Shown: positions 1 to 9,662 of the stretch, piece after piece
Layout of the letters: each line of letters opens with the position of its first letter
Numbering within the stretch: the first letter of the stretch is position 1
From: Promethearchaeota archaeon
GTDB taxonomy: Archaea > Asgardarchaeota > Lokiarchaeia > Sigyniarchaeales > SOKP01
Assembly (NCBI GenBank): GCA_019894975.1
Contig: JAGXNO010000019.1
Coordinates: 1-63,137 of the forward strand
Direction of reading: 5' to 3'
Length of the DNA: 63,137 nucleotides
Notes under the pieces: generated by a model
Seen by the model: the letters and a program-made list of their open reading frames with translations, nothing else
The model's database searches: none
Told to the model about the DNA's origin: nothing
Made by a program: the position numbers and the translations under genes

Positions 1-1
1 A

Positions 2-133
2 CCTATGGCAGAACATTTGTCTCAGAAATTAAATGCACCACTTTTTGAAACCTCAGCAAAAACGGGTGAGAATGCTTCCATGATATTCCATAAAATAGCA
101 GAACTTACACTACTTTCAAAATTACAGGAATAA
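2..133 (+). CDS. C-terminal end of a Rab/Ras-like small GTPase (5' truncated by window edge)
   Basis: Frame 2 reads PMAEHLSQKLNAPLFETSAKTGENASMIFHKIAELTLLSKLQE*, with G5 motif ETSAK followed by TGEN; TAA at 131-133. Not in ORF track. Confidence 0.85.
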   Translation, partial: PMAEHLSQKLNAPLFETSAKTGENASMIFHKIAELTLLSKLQE

Positions 134-171
134 ATACTCTTTATTACATATAAAAAGATAAGAAATTTTGA

Positions 172-1476
172 TTATTTAAAGGGGTTTTTCTCATTTAATA
201 TTTTTTCTTGATATTTTTTCAAAGCAGGAGGGCATAATCCCGCTTTTGTTGCTTCCTTCTTTATAGATTTCATGATTTCCGCAAGATTTACCGACACAGG
301 ACACCAGTGGTAACAATTCTCACATCCTGTACAAAGAAACAATCCATCATTAACAGCAGCTTCAATTCCATTATGTATATAATCTCGTATAATCCCATCT
401 GCACCTAAACCATATTTTGATGCATATGTATTCCCAAACGCTCGTGAAGCAGTACAAACATAGTTGCATGTTCTACAACCAATACATTTTAAAAGCTCTT
501 TATAAATTAGGTCTTGTTTCAATGACTTAGTACGCCAATCATCCACAAGAATCACAACAACCTCTTTAGCTCCATACATTCCAAGTACTTTTTCCCCTTG
601 AACATCAGCAGTAGCAGAAGGACCTGAAATTAGACTGATATAGTTAAAAGATACGTTGTTAATTCTTGTTTGCACTTTTGCCACAAGTATAGCATCTATA
701 ATTGTTGGAACAATTTTTGTAATTCCACATACAACTATATGTTTTTCAGTAGCCCTAGTTAGTAAACTTATATTTCCTTCATTTTCTCCTAATACAATTG
801 TTCCATCCTCTGCAGAGATAACATTAGCAGATGTAAGTGATATTTTTACATCATTAAGTAATTCTTTACGATAAGATTCTCTATAATATTCCACAATTGC
901 ACTTGCGGTAGGTTCAAGTTCTACACCATGAACTTCTTTTATTTTTGCTACAATTTCTTCTCTTGAAAAATGAGCTCCAGGGCCAACACCAAATTTTGGA
1001 AGTTTATAATCAAATAATTGAACAAGTACATCTCCTAAATCAGTTTCTTTAATTGTAATGTTGTTTTCCTTTAATACTTCTAAGAGTCCAATATCTTTTG
1101 CTTCGTTTGATTTTGACTTATAGATTACTTTGGTATCTCCTACTTCTTTCATAAAAATATCCTGAGCTTCTTCATTAGTTTTTGCGTAATAGACTACCAT
1201 GTTGTTTACATCTCGCATTATTTTCATGCAGTTTTCCACATAGTAATCCATATTTTCTACGAATTTCTCTCTCATTGCGATAAGTTGTTCTTTATACCTG
1301 TTCACGAATTCACGACTAGAGTCTTCATAGAGATATTGCAGATCATGCTGTTTAGATTTTATAGAAGAGGCAATTTTCCAAAAAAAACCAAATTTATTTT
1401 CCCAGGTTCCTTCGGTATTCAACTTATTTATTTTATCTTTTACATTCTCATAACTCTCTTGACCTTTATCACTCAA
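172..1476 (-). CDS. LUD-domain / 4Fe-4S protein (LutB/LldF-like lactate utilization subunit)
   Basis: YKSKSN, ETDLGD, ENEGN, ISGPSATAD motifs; two ferredoxin clusters CIGCRTCNYVC and CTGCENCYHWCP. Confidence 0.85.
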   Translation of the reverse strand: MSDKGQESYENVKDKINKLNTEGTWENKFGFFWKIASSIKSKQHDLQYLYEDSSREFVNRYKEQLIAMREKFVENMDYYVENCMKIMRDVNNMVVYYAKTNEEAQDIFMKEVGDTKVIYKSKSNEAKDIGLLEVLKENNITIKETDLGDVLVQLFDYKLPKFGVGPGAHFSREEIVAKIKEVHGVELEPTASAIVEYYRESYRKELLNDVKISLTSANVISAEDGTIVLGENEGNISLLTRATEKHIVVCGITKIVPTIIDAILVAKVQTRINNVSFNYISLISGPSATADVQGEKVLGMYGAKEVVVILVDDWRTKSLKQDLIYKELLKCIGCRTCNYVCTASRAFGNTYASKYGLGADGIIRDYIHNGIEAAVNDGLFLCTGCENCYHWCPVSVNLAEIMKSIKKEATKAGLCPPALKKYQEKILNEKNPFK

Positions 1477-2210
1477 CTTATTGGATCAACTCCCTCCATT
1501 AATTTAACAATAAAATCTTCAAATTTAATTACAGGCTTCCTAATATTATTATCCTCCTTTACTCGACTCAGGGCAGTATAACAAAATGGACATGCAGTTA
1601 GTAGCACTTCGCCTTTTTTCATGTTATCAAAAATTAGTTTTCCATTATAATCACTATTTTCCCTAAAAATTGAATAAACTCCTCCGCCTGCTCCACAACA
1701 AATACTCTTAGTTTTATTAAAATCCATTTCAACTAATTCAATGTTATCAATTGAGTTTAAAATTATTCTTGGTTCTTCTATTATAGGTACTGAAGAATTT
1801 CTGAGGTGGCAAGCATCATGATAATTGACTTTTAAGCTTTTTCCTGCAATTTTTGAATTTAACGTTTCCAAATTGTGGGGTTCAGCTAAGAATTGAAGAA
1901 AATGCCGAATTTTGACTGAAAATTCGGATCCTAAAAATTCCTTATAATATCGAGTAAAATAAGAATAACATCCTGCACAAATCGTAACAAGTTCTGTAAT
2001 ATTATTTGTTTTAAACCATTCATTTACAGATTCAACATGGTTTTTCATTAGATCATCAGAAGTTATGTTGAAGGCTAAAGAACCACAACATGGTGGATTT
2101 TCTATTACTTTATATTCACTGTCTAAGAACTGGATTATTTTTATAGCATTTTTACAGGTAGGTTCATAGAGTTTGTCGCTTAAGCAACCAAGATAGATAA
2201 GTTTGCTCAT
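1473..2210 (-). CDS. Cysteine-rich CCG-domain Fe-S protein (LutA/HdrB/GlpC-like)
   Basis: PCCGS, CAGC, YHDACHL, CCGAGGG, TACPFC; overlaps the LUD gene by 4 nt. Confidence 0.85.
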   Translation of the reverse strand: MSKLIYLGCLSDKLYEPTCKNAIKIIQFLDSEYKVIENPPCCGSLAFNITSDDLMKNHVESVNEWFKTNNITELVTICAGCYSYFTRYYKEFLGSEFSVKIRHFLQFLAEPHNLETLNSKIAGKSLKVNYHDACHLRNSSVPIIEEPRIILNSIDNIELVEMDFNKTKSICCGAGGGVYSIFRENSDYNGKLIFDNMKKGEVLLTACPFCYTALSRVKEDNNIRKPVIKFEDFIVKLMEGVDPIS

Positions 2211-2336
2211 AATTAATTATAGTTTTCTATATTTATTAAGCTTAAATTTATGATAGAAAATTAAAATGTAATCCTTTTATGAATCAATAAAGATTTTTAT
2301 AAAACATTTATTATTTTACTCTCTATCAATGGAAAA

Positions 2337-3464
2337 ATGATACAAATGTCTGAAGATACTGCTTATCAAGATCTTATTAACCATTATAGAAATTGGATAT
2401 TACGCTTACCTGAATCTGAGCATCTTTTACCAATGCTTAAATTAAGATTCAAACCTGAAGAGGCTCAATTATTCGCTAAAATACCTTTTTTAGGACATAC
2501 CGTAGAACAACTTTCGGTAAAATTGAATATACCTGTTAAAAAGCTTATAAAAAAACTAGATAAATATGCAAAATCAGGGATTATATTCCGGAGTGTAAGA
2601 GGCTCAAGTGTTAGATATTCACTCAGTGACAGTCTATTCAATTTTTATCGATCTATTGGATGGAAAGGTAAAAATGACAAATTTAATCGTGAAATTTCAC
2701 CTTATTTAAATAAATACTATATCGATACTTATGCAGAGGAGTTTGTTGGCCATGATACCCAAGGTCTTCGTGCACTTCCTATAAATGAAACTATATAAGA
2801 TACACGGCAAGTCATGCCCTATGAAGATATTCTGAAAGTTATTGACAATTTTGAATATTATTCCGTATCTAATTGCCCTTGTAGCCATAGACATAATCTT
2901 GATCATGATTTTAAAGAATGTAAACATACACTCGAAAGATGCTTACATTTTGATGATCTTGGGAGATATTGTGTAGATAATGGGCTAGGTAAAGAGATTA
3001 CAAAGGAAGAAACCTTGAAAATTCTAAGAATGGCAGCAGATGCAGGACTCGTTCATGGAGTTCCTAATACTCAAGAAAAGATGGATACAATATGTAATTG
3101 TTGCTCATGCTGTTGCTTATTTTTAGAGGCTGTGGTGAATATGCCTGGTATTTTACCAAGAGGTCATCAACCATCTAATTATATCCGAGAAATAGATGAG
3201 GAAAAATGTATTGTATGTGGTTTATGTGCTAGGTTATGTCCTATGGGCGCACTTAAAGTAAATAATAAAAAATTATTATTTGATCCTACAAGATGCATAG
3301 GATGTGGTGTTTGCGCTCATAAATGCAAGCATGATGCGACCTATCTAATATGTCGTGATGATGAGCAGGATATTCCAAAAGATCCTCGAGAACAAGGAAT
3401 GAGATTTCTAAAAGAAAGAGGGATCAATCCCTTAGATGCTTTTAATAAGAATATATTAAAATAA
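2337..3464 (+). pseudogene. 4Fe-4S binding protein with N-terminal HTH-like region, interrupted by an in-frame TAA (2796-2798)
   Basis: ORFs 2337-2798 and 2814-3464 are in the same frame and colinear with paralog 3505-4635 (LPINETI*DTRQVMPYE vs IPINITIDDPRKVMPYE). Confidence 0.85.
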
Positions 3465-3504
3465 TTTAATGATGAATGATTTTCATTAAATATTATATTA
3501 TTTT

Positions 3505-4635
3505 GTGATGCTATTTATGTCTAATACGAACCAGTATGAAGAATTAATCGAGCATTATAGAAATTGGATTTTTGGATTACCTGATTCTGAATTCCTTATA
3601 CCTATGCTAAAGGCAAGATTCACTCCAGAAGAAGCTCAAATAATTGCACAAATACCATTTATTGGGAATACAGTTGAGAAACTCTCGCAAAAGATTGGAA
3701 TCCCCTCAAAGGAACTTACTGAAAAACTTGAATATTTCGCGGAAAAGGGGATAGTATTCAAGAACGAAAGGAATGGTGTAAAATTCTATTCCCTTTGTGA
3801 TTCAGATTTCGTTTTTTATCGATCTACAGGATGGAGAAAAGAACTAGATGACTGGAGTTATAAGATGGCAAATCCTCAAAATAAATATTGGATACATGCG
3901 TATGCTAATACATTTAATGGTCATGAAACTCAAGGTTTACGTGCTATTCCCATTAATATAACTATTGATGACCCTCGAAAAGTTATGCCTTATGAAGATA
4001 TTCTGAAAATTATAGAAAATTTTGAATATTATGCCGTATCTATGTGTCCTTGTGCGGCTAAATATAATGTAGATTCTGAATTTCACGAATGTAATCACAA
4101 TTTCGAAAGATGTTTACACTTTGATGATCTTGGGAGATACACTGTAGAATATGGGTTAGGTAGAGAAATAACAAAAGAAGAAACCTTGGAAATATTAAAA
4201 AGAGCTGATGATGAGGGATTAGTTCATGGAGTTTCCAATTCTGAAGAAGGAATAGATACAATATGCAATTGTTGTTCATGTTGTTGTGTATTTTTGGATT
4301 CTCTTGTAAAGATGCCAGGAATTATACCAAGGGGTCATCAGCCCTCGAATTATATTAGAGCAATTAATGAAGAAAACTGTATTAGCTGTGGAGTATGTGT
4401 TAAAACTTGTCCTATGAAGGCTCTTGAACTTGTGGATAAGAAGCTAGTGTTTGATCGGGAACGATGTTTGGGATGCGGTGTTTGTGTCAATAAATGTAAA
4501 CAAAAAGCAATATATCTAGAACATCGAGAAGGAAAACAAAATTTCCCTAAAGATGGAGGAGAACTGGTTATGAGACTCCTTATTGAAAGAGGACTCGATC
4601 CCAATGAAGCTTTTAGAAAGAATTTTATTATGTAA
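3505..4635 (+). CDS. 4Fe-4S dicluster protein with CNCCSCCC motif (tandem paralog of preceding gene)
   Basis: CPC, ICNCCSCCC, CISCGVCVKTCP, CLGCGVCVNKC; start probably ATG 3517. Confidence 0.85.
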   Translation: MMLFMSNTNQYEELIEHYRNWIFGLPDSEFLIPMLKARFTPEEAQIIAQIPFIGNTVEKLSQKIGIPSKELTEKLEYFAEKGIVFKNERNGVKFYSLCDSDFVFYRSTGWRKELDDWSYKMANPQNKYWIHAYANTFNGHETQGLRAIPINITIDDPRKVMPYEDILKIIENFEYYAVSMCPCAAKYNVDSEFHECNHNFERCLHFDDLGRYTVEYGLGREITKEETLEILKRADDEGLVHGVSNSEEGIDTICNCCSCCCVFLDSLVKMPGIIPRGHQPSNYIRAINEENCISCGVCVKTCPMKALELVDKKLVFDRERCLGCGVCVNKCKQKAIYLEHREGKQNFPKDGGELVMRLLIERGLDPNEAFRKNFIM

Positions 4636-4775
4636 TTTCATTTTTTTATTTTCCTATTAAACCTACGTCTAAATTACTAATTTAATTCTTTAATGATAAA
4701 AAATTAATATAAGTACAAACGCTTATCTATTGTGAGATAAAACATTTTATTGAAATTTTATAATAATTCTTAAGA

Positions 4776-6440
4776 ATGATTTTTATGACTGAATTTGATA
4801 AAATTAAAGAAGATATGGAAGAATGGCAAAATTCTATATCCAATAAAGAAGAAAGAAAAAAAAACTTCAAAAATCTTTCTGACATCGAGATTAAAAGACT
4901 TTACACACCTAACGATATAAAGAACCTAAATTATGATTTAGATTTAGGTTTTCCTGGTCAATACCCTTTTACTAGAGGTGCATATCCTAATATGTATAGG
5001 GGTCGATTATGGACAATGAGACAGTTTGCAGGCTTTGGAAATGCTGAACAAACTAATACCCGTTATAAGTTTTTAATTGAACACGGTCAAACAGGTTTAA
5101 GTGTTGCCTTTAGTTTACATACCATTTACGGTATTGAAGCAACCGACCAAAGGGCTTTAGGAGAAATTGGTAAGGAAGGGGTTGCAATTGATACTCTACA
5201 GGATATGGAAACTTTATTTGATGGCATCGATCTCTCCAAGATTAGTACATCAATGACTATTAACGCCCCTGCATCTATATTATTAGCAATGTATATAGTT
5301 ACTGCTGAAAAACAAGGACACACTCCAGAAGAGCTGCGAGGTACCATCCAAAATGACATTCTAAAAGAATATATTGCTCAAAAATCATGGATATTTCCCC
5401 CCGAAGAATCAATGAGATTAATTGTAGATACGATAGAATACTGTACTAAACATGTTCCACAATGGTACTCAATTAGTATAAGCGGATATCATATACGAGA
5501 AGCAGGCTCTACAGCAGTTCAAGAATTAGCATTCACTTTAGCTGATGGATTCGCTTATGTGGAGGCTGCAGTTGAAAGAGGTTTAGATGTTGATGATTTT
5601 GCTCCTCGTCTTTCATTCTTCTTTAATTCTCATAACAATTTCTTTGAAGAAGTGTGTAAGTATCGAGCAGCAAGACGAATTTGGGCAAAACATATGAAAG
5701 ATAAATATAGCGCTAAAAAACCAGAATCACTAAGACTACGTTTTCATACACAAACAGCAGGAGTTTCCTTAACTGCGCAAGAACCAGAAAATAATATTGT
5801 ACGAACTGCACTCCAAGGTCTAGCTGCTGTGCTAGGTGGTACTCAATCATTACATACAAATTCTTTTGATGAAGCTTTATGTCTACCCACTGAAAACGCT
5901 GTTAAAATTGCACTTAGAACTCAACAAATAATTGCACATGAATCTGGAGTAACAGATACCGTGGATCCCTTAGCAGGGTCTTATTATGTGGAATGGCTCA
6001 CAAATAAGATGGAGGAAGAAGCTGAGGATTATTTTAATCAAATAAATGAATTAGGAGGAGTCATTCCAGCAATAAAAGCAAATTTCTTTCAAAAGGAAAT
6101 AGCTAATGCTTCCTATAAATATCAGCAAGAAGTTGAAAATCGAGAAAAGACTATTGTTGCTGTAAACCAATTTCAGCAGAAAGAACCTTGTACAGTACCT
6201 TTATTAAAAATTGACGAAGGTATCGCTAAACAACAAGAAGAAGAATTAAATCAATTAAAACAAGACCGTGAAAATGAAAAAGTTACTGAAAAATTAAAAA
6301 ATTTAAAGGAAGCTGCCCAAGGAACAGAAAACCTCATGCCGTATATTATGGATGCAATCAGAGCTTATGCATCTATAGGGGAAATAATAAATACCTTAAA
6401 AGAAATTTTTGGAGAATACCACGAAGACTCAATTTTCTGA
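4776..6440 (+). CDS. B12-dependent acyl-CoA mutase large (substrate-binding) subunit, isobutyryl-CoA mutase-like
   Basis: GFPGQYPFTRG, WTMRQFAGFG, QNDILKEYIAQ, ISISGYHIREAG, GGTQSLHTNSFDEA. Confidence 0.95.
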   Translation: MIFMTEFDKIKEDMEEWQNSISNKEERKKNFKNLSDIEIKRLYTPNDIKNLNYDLDLGFPGQYPFTRGAYPNMYRGRLWTMRQFAGFGNAEQTNTRYKFLIEHGQTGLSVAFSLHTIYGIEATDQRALGEIGKEGVAIDTLQDMETLFDGIDLSKISTSMTINAPASILLAMYIVTAEKQGHTPEELRGTIQNDILKEYIAQKSWIFPPEESMRLIVDTIEYCTKHVPQWYSISISGYHIREAGSTAVQELAFTLADGFAYVEAAVERGLDVDDFAPRLSFFFNSHNNFFEEVCKYRAARRIWAKHMKDKYSAKKPESLRLRFHTQTAGVSLTAQEPENNIVRTALQGLAAVLGGTQSLHTNSFDEALCLPTENAVKIALRTQQIIAHESGVTDTVDPLAGSYYVEWLTNKMEEEAEDYFNQINELGGVIPAIKANFFQKEIANASYKYQQEVENREKTIVAVNQFQQKEPCTVPLLKIDEGIAKQQEEELNQLKQDRENEKVTEKLKNLKEAAQGTENLMPYIMDAIRAYASIGEIINTLKEIFGEYHEDSIF

Positions 6441-6470
6441 TTATATAATTAAATGTAAGATTGATAATAG

Positions 6471-7706
6471 ATGCCAAAACAGCAGAATGAAAGAATAAAA
6501 TTAATTTCTAAATTTCTAGATAAATCTCAAGTACCCAATTTTGAGAAATTAAATTCAATTGATGATATTATTAGTCTACCGATCTCTTCGTTTAATTTTT
6601 TAAACGAGGCTGATGCTACTCTTATTTCTGAATTATTTCAAATTAATAGTATAGGGCAGCTTAATTCTTTGGATCCTATCCAACCTTTCGAAATTTTATA
6701 TGAGGACAAAAAAAATAAGAAAAAAATTGAACACTTACTCCAAACAGATTTGGAAATCAAAGATAAGTTAATAAAAGCAGTTACTATTAGCAATATCATA
6801 TCTAAAATTAAAGAGGAATCAATCTCCTATCTAAAAAAGGAACAGAAAGTTATTGTTGTTGGGTTAGGTAATGCGGGGAAAACAACAATATTAAAGAAGT
6901 TTGGTGGACAAATTGGAATAAAAGACTTAGCTAGATTAAAACCAACAAAGGGTGCAGAACGTCAAGAGATTGTAACCAGCGATTTAATTTTAATAATTTG
7001 GGATTTTGGGGGTCAAGAAGAATATAGAGATATGTATCTCCAAGAACCACATAGGTATTTTTTAAATATCGATTTAGTAATTTATGTTATAGACCTTCAA
7101 ACTCCAGGAAATTATACAGAGAGCATTGAATATTTCAAAAATATTCTTGAGATTCTTGAAAAATTAGAGGAAAATCCTCATATCTTAATATTTCTCCACA
7201 AATATGATCCTGATCTAAAAGACGATCCAGACGTATTACTTAACGTTGAATTTGTAAAAAGTTTAATCAAAAAAGCTTTTATCGACAGGAAAAAATTCGA
7301 GTATGAGATCTATTTAAGTTCAATTTATTCAATATTAGCAAGAGAACCAAAATTTTCAAGATACCTTAAAGAAACTATGGAAAAAACCGCCACCTTGTCA
7401 GATCATAAACTAGAAGGAATGTCTTCAGTTTTAGAATCAACTCTAGATGGGATCATTCGGTTATCAGAGACTGTAATGCACCAATTTAGTGAAATAGAAA
7501 GACGATTAATAAATATAGAGAACACAAAATTAAATTCCAATATAATTCAATCCCAATTGCCATTGCCGGAATATTCATCACCCTCTAATTTAACCCCACC
7601 GTCAAGAAGTAAGACTTCAAGATCAGTTTCACGACGAGGTAGTGAAAAAGCGAGAGGAGCTGTCCTTAAAGAATTAAAAGAATTAATTGAAAAAAGGTCA
7701 AGATGA
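6471..7706 (+). CDS. Multidomain Arf/Rag-like small GTPase
   Basis: G1 GLGNAGKT, G2 PTKG, G3 WDFGGQ, G4 HKYD; ~120 aa N-terminal extension; C-terminal coiled coil, Pro/Ser linker and terminal helix. Confidence 0.85.
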   Translation: MPKQQNERIKLISKFLDKSQVPNFEKLNSIDDIISLPISSFNFLNEADATLISELFQINSIGQLNSLDPIQPFEILYEDKKNKKKIEHLLQTDLEIKDKLIKAVTISNIISKIKEESISYLKKEQKVIVVGLGNAGKTTILKKFGGQIGIKDLARLKPTKGAERQEIVTSDLILIIWDFGGQEEYRDMYLQEPHRYFLNIDLVIYVIDLQTPGNYTESIEYFKNILEILEKLEENPHILIFLHKYDPDLKDDPDVLLNVEFVKSLIKKAFIDRKKFEYEIYLSSIYSILAREPKFSRYLKETMEKTATLSDHKLEGMSSVLESTLDGIIRLSETVMHQFSEIERRLINIENTKLNSNIIQSQLPLPEYSSPSNLTPPSRSKTSRSVSRRGSEKARGAVLKELKELIEKRSR

Positions 7707-7772
7707 AAGAGTAATAATACCCTAAGTTAAATCACAATAAATAAAATATTTAATAATTTAATCTAAATAACA

Positions 7773-8174
7773 ATGTCAGACAATAGAAAAATTAAAGTTC
7801 TTGTATGCAAACCTGGATTAGATGGTCATGATAGAGGCGCTAAAGTTCTCGCAAGAGCCTTACGAGATGCGGGAATGGAAGTTATTTATACAGGCATCCA
7901 TCAAACACCTGATGATATTGTAAACACTGTCATCCAGGAAGACCCTGATGCTGTAATGTTGAGTATATTATCAGGAGCTCACAATGCTCTTTGTCCAGTC
8001 ATCATGCAAAAATTGGAGAAAAATGGCATAAATGATGTGCTTGTTGCAGTTGGCGGGATTATTCCAGATGAGGACAAACCTTTTCTAGAAAAACAAGGTT
8101 TGAAGGGTTTTCACGGTCCAGGAACTGATTTAAACACGATTGTTGAATTCGTGAGAAACAATTTAAAAAGATAA
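7773..8174 (+). CDS. Acyl-CoA mutase cobalamin-binding small subunit
   Basis: KPGLDGHDRGAK (DxHxxG), SILSGAH, GGIIP. Confidence 0.95.
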   Translation: MSDNRKIKVLVCKPGLDGHDRGAKVLARALRDAGMEVIYTGIHQTPDDIVNTVIQEDPDAVMLSILSGAHNALCPVIMQKLEKNGINDVLVAVGGIIPDEDKPFLEKQGLKGFHGPGTDLNTIVEFVRNNLKR

Positions 8175-8180
8175 TAAATA

Positions 8181-9182
8181 ATGGATTACTCTGACCTTAC
8201 AAACAATTTAATAAAAGGTAATACTCGTGCTGCAGCAAGACTGATTACTATCGTAGAAAATGATATTAATGCTGCAGAGGAGATTGTAAGTTCAATTTAC
8301 AAACACACGGGTAAAGCCTACATCCTAGGTATTACAGGTGCTCCTGGAACGGGAAAATCTACGTTTATATCAACATTAACTAAAAATTTCGTTGACAAAG
8401 GAAAGAAAGTTGGAATTATTTGTGTTGATCCGACATCTCCTTTAACGGGGGGAGCATTATTAGGAGACAGGATTCGTATGAAGCAACATTTTTCGTTAGA
8501 TAATGTTTTCATAAGAAGCATGGCTAATCGTGGACAATTAGGAGGATTAGCAAGAGCTACTGAAGATGCTATTAAAATATTAGATGCATATGGTAGTGAT
8601 ATTGTAATTGTAGAAACTGTGGGTGTCGGACAATCAGAAGTGGACATATTCAAATCAGCAATGACAGTTGTAGTGTTACTTGTTCCAGGATTAGGGGATG
8701 ATATTCAAGCTATTAAAGCAGGTATTATGGAAATTACAGATGTATTCGTTGTTAATAAAATGGATTTGCATGGAGCTGACAAAAAAGTATCTGATATTAT
8801 ACAGATGTTAGAATTCAGAAATAGCTATAAATACAATTCGTCAAATTTGAAGGATAAGTATGCTAAAATTCACCAATGGACTCCGGAAATTACTAAAGTG
8901 AATTCTAAAACAGGGGAAAATTTTGAAGTCCTTCTTGAGTTAATCAACAAACATAAGCTTTTTCTGGAAGAATCTGGTGTTATTTCAAGTTATCTGAAAA
9001 ATAGGATTACCAGTGAAACAATTCAGATTTTAAAACACAAATTAACTAAAAAACTGGAAGATCTCCTAAATTATGATGAGGAAATGGGAAAATATATCAA
9101 TCAGGCTGTTCAAAAATCGTTAGATCCCTATTCTATGGCGAATTTGATAATTAAAATGCTAGGTCTTGAGAAACAAAACTGA
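8181..9182 (+). CDS. meaB: MeaB/ArgK G-protein chaperone of acyl-CoA mutase
   Basis: GITGAPGTGKST, VDPTSP..GGALLGDRIRM, ETVGVGQSE, NKMD. Confidence 0.93.
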   Translation: MDYSDLTNNLIKGNTRAAARLITIVENDINAAEEIVSSIYKHTGKAYILGITGAPGTGKSTFISTLTKNFVDKGKKVGIICVDPTSPLTGGALLGDRIRMKQHFSLDNVFIRSMANRGQLGGLARATEDAIKILDAYGSDIVIVETVGVGQSEVDIFKSAMTVVVLLVPGLGDDIQAIKAGIMEITDVFVVNKMDLHGADKKVSDIIQMLEFRNSYKYNSSNLKDKYAKIHQWTPEITKVNSKTGENFEVLLELINKHKLFLEESGVISSYLKNRITSETIQILKHKLTKKLEDLLNYDEEMGKYINQAVQKSLDPYSMANLIIKMLGLEKQN

Positions 9183-9209
9183 AAAGAATAACTTTATTGA
9201 GAAAGAAAT

Positions 9210-9464
9210 TTAACTCTTTTTCTTTGGATCAACCCATTCAGAATAAATTTCTATAATTGTTAAAGAATTAGTTTGCTGACATTTCTCGCATTCTTCATCT
9301 GTTAATTTCTTAAATACAAAATCTCCTGGTTTAAACTCTCTAGAAAAATCTGCTTTGCAGTCACCACATTTTATAACACTGTGCTTTTTTTCCACAAGAT
9401 TTTTCTTTCTGTCTAAAACATCACCAATAGCCGGGATTGGTGGAAGCATTGGCTCATCACTCAT
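9210..9464 (-). CDS. Small Zn-ribbon protein
   Basis: CGDC...CEKC pairs, REFKPGDFVFK. Confidence 0.7.
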   Translation of the reverse strand: MSDEPMLPPIPAIGDVLDRKKNLVEKKHSVIKCGDCKADFSREFKPGDFVFKKLTDEECEKCQQTNSLTIIEIYSEWVDPKKKS

Positions 9465-9662
9465 AATAGGTTAACCTTACTTAGTTTTTCAAGAATCTAT
9501 TTATTTATTTAAAAGAATATTCCTTTTTGGTTTACTGAATTAAATTTTTATTTTATTTGCGTATTCTTATTAAAATTATGTTATAAAAAAAACCAATCCT
9601 AATAATCTTTTAGCTTTAATTCTAAAAATATAAAATAAAAGTAAGAGAAAAAAAATGTGATT

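Noticed and set aside
2796-2798. Selenocysteine/pyrrolysine recoding or intron at the Fe-S gene stop
   Set aside because: The codon is TAA, the aligned residue is acidic, and there is no length difference from the paralog
8810-8880. Extra segment in MeaB as an in-frame intron
   Set aside because: No BHB pairing found; it lies in a normally variable loop
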